Below, piece by piece: positions 40,403 through 49,834 of a stretch of 64,000 nt of DNA; positions within the stretch are counted from its first letter, which is position 1, and every line of letters starts with the position of its first letter. The stretch lies in the NCBI GenBank assembly GCA_944392255.1, contig CALXVY010000007.1, positions 921 to 64,920 of the forward strand. The letters are read 5' to 3'. The notes below the pieces were generated by a model, which saw nothing but the letters and a program-made list of their open reading frames with translations, had not been told where the DNA came from and searched no databases. A program made the position numbers and the translations under genes. The stretch comes from an uncultured Alphaproteobacteria bacterium. GTDB lineage: Bacteria > Pseudomonadota > Alphaproteobacteria > RF32 > CAG-239.

Positions 40403-41368
40403 ATGTTTTTTAAGAACTTTTTTTCTTCTTTTGCCAGTCCATCCAGTTTAAGAAAAGCCGGTGTTTTGGGCATGAACCGCCGCAATTACAAATTCATCAG
40501 CAAATATAATGACAGAAGATTATATCCGTTGGTAGATGACAAGGTTCAAACCAAAAATCTGGCTCAACAGCATGGCATTACCACCCCTCACCTGATTGGT
40601 GTGATAGAACACCAATACGAGGTAAAAGACTTGCTCAAAGTCATTGGCGAGAATAAAGACTTTGTAATTAAACCAGCTCATGGTTCCGGTGGCAAAGGTG
40701 TTTTGGTTATCAAGTCTTTTAGCGAAGATTGCTTTGTTAAAGCATCAGGAGAAACTCTGACCTTTCACGATGTTTATAAGCACATCTCCAACATTTTGAG
40801 TGGATTATACAGCTTAGGCGGACAATATGATGTTGCCGTAATTGAGGAATTGGTACATTTCAGCAATATATTCAAAGATTATAGCTTTCAAGGTATTCCC
40901 GATGTCAGAATCATTGTCTATAAAGGCTATCCAGCTATGGCTATGATGCGACTTGCCACCAAAGCCTCCGGCGGCAGAGCTAACTTGCACCAAGGAGCTG
41001 TTGGTGTTGGTTTGGACATCAGCAAAGGAACGGCCTTAAAAGCTGTAATGAACAATTTACCAATTGAACAGCACCCAGATACAAACGCAAAACTAAGCGA
41101 AATTTCCGTTCCTTATTGGCGCGAACATTTACTGATTGGCGCCAAAGCTTATGAAATGACCGGACTTGGCTATTTGGGCGCCGATATTGTGCTTGATGCA
41201 GAAAAAGGCCCAATGATGCTTGAGTTAAATGCCCGCCCCGGCTTAGCCATTCAAATTGCCAACGGCTTAGGCATTGAAGGCGTGTTAAAACGCATTGAGC
41301 ATTATTATCCCAAAGGCTTAACACCGGAAGAACGTGTCGATTTTGTTTTAAATTTTGGTAAGAAATAG
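40403..41368 (+). CDS. alpha-L-glutamate ligase-related ATP-grasp protein (RimK-related)
   Basis: Start set at MFFKNF, directly after the upstream stop. KPAHGSGGKGV, ANLHQGAVGVG and LGADIVLD...MLELNARPGL ATP-grasp motifs. Confidence 0.8.
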   Translation: MFFKNFFSSFASPSSLRKAGVLGMNRRNYKFISKYNDRRLYPLVDDKVQTKNLAQQHGITTPHLIGVIEHQYEVKDLLKVIGENKDFVIKPAHGSGGKGVLVIKSFSEDCFVKASGETLTFHDVYKHISNILSGLYSLGGQYDVAVIEELVHFSNIFKDYSFQGIPDVRIIVYKGYPAMAMMRLATKASGGRANLHQGAVGVGLDISKGTALKAVMNNLPIEQHPDTNAKLSEISVPYWREHLLIGAKAYEMTGLGYLGADIVLDAEKGPMMLELNARPGLAIQIANGLGIEGVLKRIEHYYPKGLTPEERVDFVLNFGKK

Positions 41369-41431
41369 TAGCAAAGCAAAAGTTTCATACCTATATATGA
41401 AATAGATGATACAAAACAAAGGACAAGAAAG

Positions 41432-42046
41432 ATGACAGAAGAACAAAAATTAATCAAAGGTAGCAAAACTCAAAAACTTGAAAAATCAAAGACTAAGAGT
41501 TTACCCAAAGAAGAAACCAAAAAATTGGGTGTGAGCAAAACCAGAGCCAAAAAGATTAAACATTCTTATCAAGTAAAAGACCCAGAAAATGCTTTGTTAC
41601 TCAAATTAAAAGATGGCGATGTCGTCATTGAAATGTTCCCTGACGTTGCACCAAACCATGTTAAAAGAATCAAAGAGCTGGTTAGACAAGGTTTCTACAA
41701 TGGCTTGAAGTTCCACCGCGTGATTGAAGGCTTTATGGCTCAAACCGGTTGCCCGTTAGGAAATGGTACCGGCGGCAGCGGTCAAAAGCTCAAAGCCGAG
41801 TTCAACAAAATGCCGCATAAGCGCGGTACGGTTTCCATGGCACGCTCCATGTTTCCCGATTCGGCTGATAGTCAATTTTTTATCTGCTTTGATGATTGCG
41901 ATTGGCTCAATGGGCAATACACAGTTTGGGGTGAAGTCACTTCCGGTATGGAATTTGTAGATATGATTAAAAAAGGTACCGGTTCCAACGGTGCCGTCAG
42001 CAATCCCGATGAAATCATCTCAATGAGCGTGATTGCCGATTTGTAA
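41432..42046 (+). CDS. cyclophilin-type peptidyl-prolyl cis-trans isomerase with Lys-rich N-terminal extension
   Basis: FHRVIEGFMAQTGCPLGNGTGG and SQFFI motifs. The first ~45 aa are KxK-rich. Confidence 0.85.
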   Translation: MTEEQKLIKGSKTQKLEKSKTKSLPKEETKKLGVSKTRAKKIKHSYQVKDPENALLLKLKDGDVVIEMFPDVAPNHVKRIKELVRQGFYNGLKFHRVIEGFMAQTGCPLGNGTGGSGQKLKAEFNKMPHKRGTVSMARSMFPDSADSQFFICFDDCDWLNGQYTVWGEVTSGMEFVDMIKKGTGSNGAVSNPDEIISMSVIADL

Positions 42047-42269
42047 TAAGTTATTGATTTTTCAGTTAAAGCCTCTTTTTTAAGGGGCTTTTTTTATTTT
42101 TTTGGACAAAAAAGTGTTGTTTAAGTCCATAAAATATGATATAAAGAGTCTATCAAAAAAAATAATTATGGCAACTATTAAGGAAAAAACTAAAGTGTAG
42201 CTCTTATTTTTAAGGGGACTTCTTTAGCCGGCGTGGTTGCTAATGTTTAACTTAAAAAAATTTTGAAAT

Positions 42270-42557
42270 ATGTGTAAGATTAAAAACGCCCTCCGTGAGG
42301 GCAACTTCCGCGCCTTAGCCTCACTACAGTTTTCCACCAATGACATTGAGTCTATTTTAACAGACGCCGAAGAGGCTCTGAAAGATGATTTAAATCTCGT
42401 TGAAGAAACCGAAGCCCGTACGCAAGCCTTAAGGCTTCGCATTGAGCGGGCAAATAAAAGAATTGAAGAAAATCGTTCCATTATTAAAAACAGCGAAAAG
42501 CTGTTAGAGATGATGGAACAAGGAGAATTTCTTTCTGAGTTAGTAAACGAAGAATAA
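42270..42557 (+). CDS. hypothetical coiled-coil protein
   Basis: 95-aa ORF followed by a hairpin plus T-run terminator (42575-42603). Confidence 0.45.
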   Translation: MCKIKNALREGNFRALASLQFSTNDIESILTDAEEALKDDLNLVEETEARTQALRLRIERANKRIEENRSIIKNSEKLLEMMEQGEFLSELVNEE

Positions 42558-42603
42558 TCTCCCCAAAAAATAAATAAAGCCCCCGAACTCGGAGGCTTTT
42601 TTT

Positions 42604-43021
42604 ATGGCTGCTTCGCCTGGACTGTAAATTCCCATTGCCACATCTGGCAATGGACCCCTTTCGCGTCGTAAGTTTCAACTTTGGCACAATTTCAAGCTAA
42701 AGCTAAGAAATTGCACCTCGTTTCAACAACTATCCGCTCCGAACCAAAATCTTGGTTCTCGTCGGGCTGTGCCTAGCCATAAAAAAAACTCCCCTAAAAG
42801 GAGAGTTTTTTTATGGCTGCTTCGCCTGGACTGTAAATTCCCATTGCCACATCTGGCAATGGGCCCCTTTCGCGTCGTAAGTTTCAACTTCGGCACAATT
42901 TCAAGCTAAAGCTAAGAAATTGCACCTCGTTTCAACAACTATCCGCTCCGAACCAAAATCTTGGTTCTCGTCGGGCTGTGCCTAGCCATAAAAAAACTCC
43001 CCTAAAAGGAGAGTTTTTTTA
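42604..43021. repeat. two tandem 209/208-bp units, each beginning with a copy of the last 19 nt of tRNA-Gln
   Basis: Units 42604-42812 and 42813-43020 differ at two substitutions plus one A-run length. TGGCTGCTTCGCCTGGACT occurs at 42605, 42814 and 43022 (the last is the true tRNA 3' end). Confidence 0.9.
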
Positions 43022-43095
43022 TGGCTGCTTCGCCTGGACTCGAACCAAGATTGACGGAGTCAGAATCCGCTGTCCTACCATTAGACGACGAAGCA
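43022..43095 (-). tRNA. tRNA-Gln (CTG anticodon)
   Basis: Reverse complement is TGCTTCGTCGTCTAATGGTAGGACAGCGGATTCTGACTCCGTCAATCTTGGTTCGAGTCCAGGCGAAGCAGCCA. It folds as a cloverleaf with anticodon loop UUCUGAC and encodes CCA. Confidence 0.9.
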
Positions 43096-43115
43096 ATAAA
43101 ACTAATAACGCATTA

Positions 43116-43144
43116 TATCTATGCCTTTTTATTGCTCTTGTCAA
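43116..43144 (-). promoter_or_regulatory. candidate tRNA-Gln promoter (TTGACA-17-TAGATA)
   Basis: Same hexamers and spacing as the rpoD candidate promoter, ~20 nt upstream of the tRNA 5' end. Confidence 0.3.
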
Positions 43145-43160
43145 ATGGTTTGTTAAAATT

Positions 43161-44396
43161 TTATCTTATAGATTCAATTAATCTTTGCGGATTGATAATA
43201 ATACCGATATTTTCTTTAAAATCACCGGTTGCAAGCGCCTTTTGCCAAAATTCTTGTCCGCTCAGATTTGAATTAACGCTTTTTGCCAACAAATACAATC
43301 CACATTTATAAACCTCTAAATTAGTCGGATATGGATTAAAAATATAAGATTTCAACGTATCGCTTCCGGCAACCGTATGTCTTCCGGCAGGAAAACACAA
43401 AGTTTGACGCAAACGTTTTTCATCAGGTATTCGCCGTGGATTTTGGGAATAAAACAATTCATAATCTTCAAAATTTTCAACATCTCCACCGATTTTGCAT
43501 CCAACCCCAACTGCTCCATAATTTTGATAATCAAAGGAAAGCCAAATACCAAGCTTATGCGCACGCTCTGCCGCTTGCTTAAATTCTGCTGCGCCTTCAT
43601 CATCTTGAAAACATGATGCCAACAAACCACGCAACAGGCAAACGGCATCAATTCCGTTTTTACCGATCTTGATTAATTCTTCATGCAAATCACAAATTTC
43701 ATTAAGTGCAAGGGCATAATATGTTTGCGAACGCCCGATAGTACCAACCGAATAGTAATAAACATCGGCATCAGATGCCACTCCGCAAGTTTTACCGACC
43801 AATGCCGAAACCAACTGTCCGCCACTCATATCTCCACCTTCAGGCAAGACATCTAATTCTTCATAACCTTTGATATTTTGATAATATTCCAAATGATTAG
43901 AAAGCTTGCGCCAATCAATTACCGCCACGGCCCGATTTTGTCCGCTTATACCTTGTTTATGCAAATTTTTAATTCCAAGACCAAAATTTTTGCGTTCTTC
44001 CAAAAATTCTTTCGGCTGAAAATGCGGCGGAAGTTTAGAGGCATGTTTCGGCCAAACCGTTAAATCGGAATAGGTAACAAAAGAAACATCCATTTGAGAT
44101 AAGTCATAAGCAGACAAATCCATGTAAGATAAATCGAGCCATAGAGAAAAATCCCCAAACGGGGTTTGCGTTTGAAAAGTTTTGAAATCTATATGAGGAT
44201 TTTGAGTGATTAATTTTTGTTTACTGGCTTCAAACATAGCCTCACCCTTATCATCAGCATAAAAGCGCAACGGCTTTTGCATGGAGAGATTTTTGTGTTC
44301 AATAAGCGCGGTGGCTAACTTAGTATCATCTGAGCTTTGCAGATTATTCCAACTATCAAAACCATATTCTTTAGCAATCACGTGCTGCATATTCAT
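43161..44396 (-). CDS. hypothetical 411-aa protein
   Basis: Long ORF of typical composition. It shows weak, non-catalytic resemblance to the subtilase fold order (AVAVID...; no His/Ser motifs). Confidence 0.6.
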   Translation of the reverse strand: MNMQHVIAKEYGFDSWNNLQSSDDTKLATALIEHKNLSMQKPLRFYADDKGEAMFEASKQKLITQNPHIDFKTFQTQTPFGDFSLWLDLSYMDLSAYDLSQMDVSFVTYSDLTVWPKHASKLPPHFQPKEFLEERKNFGLGIKNLHKQGISGQNRAVAVIDWRKLSNHLEYYQNIKGYEELDVLPEGGDMSGGQLVSALVGKTCGVASDADVYYYSVGTIGRSQTYYALALNEICDLHEELIKIGKNGIDAVCLLRGLLASCFQDDEGAAEFKQAAERAHKLGIWLSFDYQNYGAVGVGCKIGGDVENFEDYELFYSQNPRRIPDEKRLRQTLCFPAGRHTVAGSDTLKSYIFNPYPTNLEVYKCGLYLLAKSVNSNLSGQEFWQKALATGDFKENIGIIINPQRLIESIR

Positions 44397-44753
44397 TAAG
44401 GATAAATCTTCTTTTTTACCAAAAACTTTTTGGCAACGAAGCTTTGCTGTGCTGTTTTGCGCCCGATATTCTTTTAACAGAGATTTAGCTTAAGATTTAA
44501 AAATATCAATATATTCAATCATGACAATTCCTTTCCACAACTCATCATAAACCTGTTCGATGGGTATAAATAAGTTGTTTTGAGAAATTATAAAAAAACA
44601 AATAAAAAAAGCGGCAATGAAAAACTTTGGCGAACATTCCGAGCGCTTGCCCCACTCATAAAGATAAGGATAGCATTTTTTCATTATCTGTCAAGCAAGC
44701 ACAAAAAAATCCTTCCTATGGTTACCCCTAGGAAGGATTTTCTTTTTTATCAC

Positions 44754-46526
44754 CTATTTCTTTTCTTCTACCGGAACCACATTAATATGCAGTTCTTTGA
44801 GTTGTTGCTCGGTCACATAGTTTGGAGCTTGCATCATCAAGTCTTGTGCCTTACCGTTCAATGGGAACAAAATCACGTCACGGATAATCGGCTCATCCAA
44901 GAGCAACATAACCAAACGGTCAACACCATAAGCTGAGCCGGCGTGCGGAGGAGCGCCAAACTTAAACGCACTAATCATACCACCGAACTTGTTATCAACC
45001 ACACTATTATCATAACCGGCAATTTCAAAGGCTTTGTACATAATTTGAGGTTCATGGTTACGAACCGCACCAGACAAAAGCTCAACACCATTGCAAACAA
45101 AGTCATATTGATAAGCTAAAATATCTAACGGATTTTTGTTTAACAAAGCATCCATTCCGCCTTGCGGCATAGAGAACGGATTATGAGAAAATTCAACCGC
45201 ACCGGTCTCTTCATTTTCTTCATAGAAAGGAAAGTCAACAATCCAGCACATTTTGAAGGAATTTTCATCAACGAGACCTAACTCTTCGCCAACCTTGTTG
45301 CGCAAACGACCACTGAACTTATCAAACTTCATACCCTTACCAACCATAAAGATAACGGCATCACCATCTTTAACACCATAGCTTGCTTTGAGTTCGTTCA
45401 ATTTTTCTTCACTCAAGAGTTTGGCAATACCTTTAGCACCGGCTGAGGCAAAAGCCACATAAGCAATACCGCCCATACCTTCTTCTTTAGCATAAGCATC
45501 GAGCTTATCAAAGAAAGAACGCGGTTTTTCGGCAATACCTTCAACCACCATGGCTTTAACGGTTTTACCTTCTTTAACCAAGCCGTCATAAACACCAAAG
45601 CCGCTGTTACCGAAGAATGATGTTGCATCTTGCAAGATAAGCGGGTTACGCAAATCCGGCTTATCAGAACCATATTTTGCCATAGCTTCACGGAACGGAA
45701 TATGAATAAACGGTGCTTGGTCAACTTTTTTACCATTGGCAAATTCATTAAAGATTGTACCCAAAGTATGCTCAATAACCTTGAACACATCTTCTTGAGT
45801 AGCAAAACTCATTTCCATATCCATTTGGTAGAACTCCCCCGGAGAACGATCAGCACGTGGGTCTTCATCACGGAAACATGGTGCAATTTGGAAATATTTA
45901 TCAAAGCCGGATACCATCAACAATTGTTTGAACTGTTGCGGAGCTTGCGGCAAAGCATAGAATTTTCCTGGGTTCAAACGAGAAGGAACCAAAAAGTCGC
46001 GCGCACCTTCCGGAGAAGAAGCCGTCAAAATCGGCGTTTGATACTCGGTAAAGCCTTGCTCACGCATCAATTCACGAGAACGTTGAATAACTTTTGAACG
46101 GAGCAAAATATTTTTATGAATACGGTCTTTACGCAAGTCAAGAAAACGATATTTCAAGCGCAACTCTTCCGGCGCATCATCTTCAATTGCCACTTGGAAT
46201 GGCAAAACATCGGCCTGAGAATAAATTTCCAAACCGTTAACAGCAATTTCAATATCGCCTGTGGGCATATTTTTATTCACGCTTTCTCGCATAATCACTT
46301 TACCGGTAATACCGATAACCGATTCGGGGCGGATAGATTGGATTGTTTCAAACAAATCGGAATGACTATCAAACACACATTGAGTAATTCCGTAATGATC
46401 TCGCAAATCCACAAAGCACAAGTTTCCGAGATTACGTTTGCGGTGAACCCAACCGGCGAGTTTCACCTCTTTATTAATATCTGCGGCACGAAGTTCGCCA
46501 CAGGTGTGTGTACGATAGCAATTCAT
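44754..46526 (-). CDS. aspS: aspartate--tRNA ligase
   Basis: 590 aa with [10 protein letters not shown] (motif 2) and [15 protein letters not shown] (motif 3). Confidence 0.95.
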   Translation of the reverse strand: MNCYRTHTCGELRAADINKEVKLAGWVHRKRNLGNLCFVDLRDHYGITQCVFDSHSDLFETIQSIRPESVIGITGKVIMRESVNKNMPTGDIEIAVNGLEIYSQADVLPFQVAIEDDAPEELRLKYRFLDLRKDRIHKNILLRSKVIQRSRELMREQGFTEYQTPILTASSPEGARDFLVPSRLNPGKFYALPQAPQQFKQLLMVSGFDKYFQIAPCFRDEDPRADRSPGEFYQMDMEMSFATQEDVFKVIEHTLGTIFNEFANGKKVDQAPFIHIPFREAMAKYGSDKPDLRNPLILQDATSFFGNSGFGVYDGLVKEGKTVKAMVVEGIAEKPRSFFDKLDAYAKEEGMGGIAYVAFASAGAKGIAKLLSEEKLNELKASYGVKDGDAVIFMVGKGMKFDKFSGRLRNKVGEELGLVDENSFKMCWIVDFPFYEENEETGAVEFSHNPFSMPQGGMDALLNKNPLDILAYQYDFVCNGVELLSGAVRNHEPQIMYKAFEIAGYDNSVVDNKFGGMISAFKFGAPPHAGSAYGVDRLVMLLLDEPIIRDVILFPLNGKAQDLMMQAPNYVTEQQLKELHINVVPVEEKK

Positions 46527-46650
46527 ATCAAAACCTCACAAAATATTGTTTATTTTTTTTGCCCTTATGTTGTAGACTCAAAACAAAAGAAAAGCAACAA
46601 AAAAAGAGCTATGACGTTTATGTCATAACTCTTTTTTTCAAGTTAAAATC

Positions 46651-47169
46651 TTACAACAACTTTTCTGCGTGGAAGAAAGTCGGCGTTGATTTTGTAAAAC
46701 GTTTACAAATCTTCCGCACATTTTCGAACCAATATTCGTCCGGCATTTCGGTATGACCTCTGAATTCCACCCAAGAAGCATCTTCTGTCTTATGACAGGA
46801 AATTATAACCGGATAGAATTTTTTAGTTTCTTCCCAAGATGCTTCCTGCCATTTTTCCGCCCAACGTCCGGCATCACGAAAGTTTCCATACACCGGAAGG
46901 ACAAAGCTGTTACAATCTTTTTGAGGCAAAACAACAGAAAAATCAACCTTTTCAGGCACTTTCCAAAAATCTTTTTGTTGAGCAGCAAATTCCTGTTGCA
47001 ACTTTTCAACAAGAGCAATATCGGAAATTTCAACGACCTGAACATTTTGATCATCAGCTTCCGTAACTACTTTGGCGTCAGCAATTTTCAACTCAGGATA
47101 CTTTTCTGACATTTGTTGCATTTGAGCTGCCTCAGCAACGAGCAAGAAATAAGATTTTAATGTGTACAT
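46651..47169 (-). CDS. hypothetical protein
   Basis: ORF; start chosen at MYTLKS to avoid overlap with the upstream ORF. No SD, so the start is uncertain. Confidence 0.4.
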   Translation of the reverse strand: MYTLKSYFLLVAEAAQMQQMSEKYPELKIADAKVVTEADDQNVQVVEISDIALVEKLQQEFAAQQKDFWKVPEKVDFSVVLPQKDCNSFVLPVYGNFRDAGRWAEKWQEASWEETKKFYPVIISCHKTEDASWVEFRGHTEMPDEYWFENVRKICKRFTKSTPTFFHAEKLL

Positions 47170-47185
47170 GGTAAAAAAATTTAAG

Positions 47186-47734
47186 TTAAAGATTACAAAT
47201 GATATCGCAATTTTCAATTTTTATTTCGGATGCTGCCCATTCATATGCATCAGGTTGAATATTATGGGCAAAATTAAGCATCAGCTGTATCCACTTATCG
47301 TCAGGACACAACGAATACGATTGAAAGCAAACTTGCTTATTTTTAACATCTTCAAAAATCGCAAAGCGCAATATTTTCAATTCATCTTGATTAAGCCCAG
47401 CCACAACCTTACCACATTGACACCAAACAGCATAGAGCTGCGGTTCATCTTCGAACTGCAGGGTAAAAGTACAAAGTTTAGCTTTTCCTTCATCATTTTT
47501 CTGTGGTAAATAATAGCGAACAGCCGCATTTTTAGGATAATCAGATAACAATTGCTGCAATTTATCAACTGAAGGTGCTTCCAAAGCCAAAGCCTCTTCT
47601 CTGCATCTAATTCCCCAAATCAAAGCCGTATGTTTTTCACAAATATTTGGAATTTGTTTTACAAAATTATGCACTCTATTTGACGGCATAACAACAACAG
47701 CGGGAAATACGTTTGTTTTTTCCATAACTTTCAT
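47186..47734 (-). CDS. hypothetical protein
   Basis: 182-aa ORF with no motif. Confidence 0.5.
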   Translation of the reverse strand: MKVMEKTNVFPAVVVMPSNRVHNFVKQIPNICEKHTALIWGIRCREEALALEAPSVDKLQQLLSDYPKNAAVRYYLPQKNDEGKAKLCTFTLQFEDEPQLYAVWCQCGKVVAGLNQDELKILRFAIFEDVKNKQVCFQSYSLCPDDKWIQLMLNFAHNIQPDAYEWAASEIKIENCDIICNL

Positions 47735-47900
47735 TTTTTTAAATTAGTAATAAAATTGATAATCTCTATAAAAATATTTTTAATGACAAAGTTCTACCAC
47801 ATTTTTAGACAAAATCAAGCTTTTTATAATCTCAATAAAAAATATTGAATCCTTATAGGTTTTGCTTTATAAGAAACATAAATTTAATTAAGGAAGAAAT

Positions 47901-49079
47901 ATGATAAATTTGATTGATACAACTGAAAAATTGGAACAATTTTGCGCATCTTTGAACGATAAACCTTTTATCACCATAGATTTAGAATTCATGCGTGAAA
48001 AAACATATTACGCAGAGCTCTGCCTCATTCAAGTCGGCGCAGAAGGACAAGCTGCCATCATCGACCCCATGAGCAAAGAGCTTAACTTGGCATCATTTTT
48101 CGACCTATTGAACAATCAAAACATTGTAAAAGTCTTTCATTCCGGCCGCCAAGATATTGAAATCTTATATAATTTGACCGGAAAAATTCCCACACCATTG
48201 TTTGATACTCAAATTGCTGCCATGGTATGTGGTTATGGAGAATCTGCCGGCTATGAAAGTTTGGTCAAAGGCATATTGAAGATAGATTTAGACAAGACCA
48301 GCCGCTGCTCCAATTGGGAACTTCGTCCCTTAGATGAAAAACAATTGCAATATGCTCTATCTGATGTAACTCATTTGGTTAATTTATACATTCACTTCAA
48401 ACAAAAATTAGTCGAAAACGGACGTGAAAGTTGGCTTGAAAACGAACTCGATATTTTGCGCAATCCACAAACTTATGATGTTGACCCTTACGAGATTTGG
48501 CACAAAATCAGACATCGTTCCCACAATGCCAAAGTTCTCACCTATTTGCGCGAGTTAGCTGCATGGCGCGAAAAAAGAGCAAAGAGCAAAAATACACCAC
48601 GCCAATCTATCATTAAAGATGACATGCTGGCAAACATTGCCGCTATCTGCCCCAAAAACATAGATGAACTTTTACAAATCCGCAATATGCGCAAAGATGT
48701 GGCTCAGGGTAAACTCGGTACTGAAATTTTAGAAGTTTTAGAGCAATGCAAAGAAATCCCCTCTTCAAAATATGTCCGCCCAGAAAAAGACAAACCTTTA
48801 TCATCAGGAGCACAATCATTGTATGAACTCTTAAAACTGCTTTTAAAAATTCGCTCGGCAGAACAAGGAGTTGTAGCAAAATTAATCGCCACGGATGAGG
48901 ATTTGAAATTATTATCCTCTTTTCAAGATGAAAACTGCATGGCTCTTTCAGGCTGGCGTTATGACATTTTCGGCAAAGATGCCATAGAACTTAGAAACGG
49001 CAATGTCTGTATTGCTTATGATAAAGATAAACACGGCATTGTTTTACAAGAAAACAACCCCGAAAATCAGGGTTGTTAA
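47901..49079 (+). CDS. rnd: ribonuclease D
   Basis: DLEFMRE, FHSGRQD and YALSDV DEDD exonuclease motifs plus an HRDC-like C-terminal half. Confidence 0.85.
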   Translation: MINLIDTTEKLEQFCASLNDKPFITIDLEFMREKTYYAELCLIQVGAEGQAAIIDPMSKELNLASFFDLLNNQNIVKVFHSGRQDIEILYNLTGKIPTPLFDTQIAAMVCGYGESAGYESLVKGILKIDLDKTSRCSNWELRPLDEKQLQYALSDVTHLVNLYIHFKQKLVENGRESWLENELDILRNPQTYDVDPYEIWHKIRHRSHNAKVLTYLRELAAWREKRAKSKNTPRQSIIKDDMLANIAAICPKNIDELLQIRNMRKDVAQGKLGTEILEVLEQCKEIPSSKYVRPEKDKPLSSGAQSLYELLKLLLKIRSAEQGVVAKLIATDEDLKLLSSFQDENCMALSGWRYDIFGKDAIELRNGNVCIAYDKDKHGIVLQENNPENQGC

Positions 49080-49116
49080 AATAAATGAGAATTTAATTCT
49101 GGCATAATATATTCTT

Positions 49117-49410
49117 TCAAAAATAATAAGGTTGATTATAAACTTTATCCATAAAACGAAGCAGTTTTATTACCTTGTCGCAACGAATGGAATAATAAAT
49201 AGTTTGTGCTTCGCGTCTGGTTTTAACAATTTTTTCGCTACGCAAAACAGCTAAGTGCTGAGATAATGCCGATTGACTTATACCAATGAGTTTTTCCAGT
49301 TCTCCGACATTAAGTTCTCTGCCAAGTAAATGGAATAAAATCTCAAGTCGTTTCATATTTCCAAGCGCTCGAAAAATTTTAGCACTGCTTTCAATTGCCA
49401 CATTTTTCAT
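49117..49410 (-). CDS. ArsR/SmtB family transcriptional regulator
   Basis: 97 aa: LNVGELEKLIGISQSALSQHLAVLRSEKIV winged HTH. Confidence 0.75.
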   Translation of the reverse strand: MKNVAIESSAKIFRALGNMKRLEILFHLLGRELNVGELEKLIGISQSALSQHLAVLRSEKIVKTRREAQTIYYSIRCDKVIKLLRFMDKVYNQPYYF

Positions 49411-49588
49411 CTACACCTCCTGATATATATAATTACAATTTAATTTAGCATAGATTGAAATACTTGCCCAGTTCTAGGCGAACTAATTGCTATATATACT
49501 TAAATACATAGCCGATAGTTTTACTTTTAAAATTGCCAATCAAAAATAAGTAGATTAAGATGAGGATAAATTAAATAAGGAGAAGATT

Positions 49589-49834
49589 ATGCCTGAAAAT
49601 GAAATTCAAAATTTGAGCTTTGAAGATGCGCTGATTCAACTAGAAAACATTGTCCGTGAACTAGAAAGCGGACGCATAAAATTAGATGATGCTGTCAAAG
49701 CTTATGAAAAAGCAGTGTCCTTAAAACAACTCTGTGAAAAAAAGCTCAAAGATGCCCAGTTAAAAATTGAAAAAATAGAGATTTCACCAAACGGCGAAAT
49801 TTCCACCGCCCCCTTAGATAAGGTAGAAGAATAA
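49589..49834 (+). CDS. xseB: exodeoxyribonuclease VII small subunit
   Basis: 81 aa: SFEDALIQLENIVRELESGRIKLDDAVKAYEKA. Confidence 0.85.
   Translation: MPENEIQNLSFEDALIQLENIVRELESGRIKLDDAVKAYEKAVSLKQLCEKKLKDAQLKIEKIEISPNGEISTAPLDKVEE

Noticed and set aside
42604-43021. CRISPR array or integrated island at tRNA-Gln
   Set aside because: There are only two units. They are 209 bp long with no spacer/repeat alternation, and no cas, integrase or other cargo genes are present. I report it as a tandem repeat instead.
42978-43311. Track ORFs 42978..43181 and 43021..43311 (plus strand)
   Set aside because: They run through the repeat unit and the antisense strand of tRNA-Gln and its promoter, so they are artefacts.
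44490-44684. 64-aa minus-strand ORF between aspS and the 411-aa orphan
   Set aside because: It has no SD and an odd composition, and it lies in a promoter/terminator spacer. It could be a small membrane protein, but the support is too weak to call.
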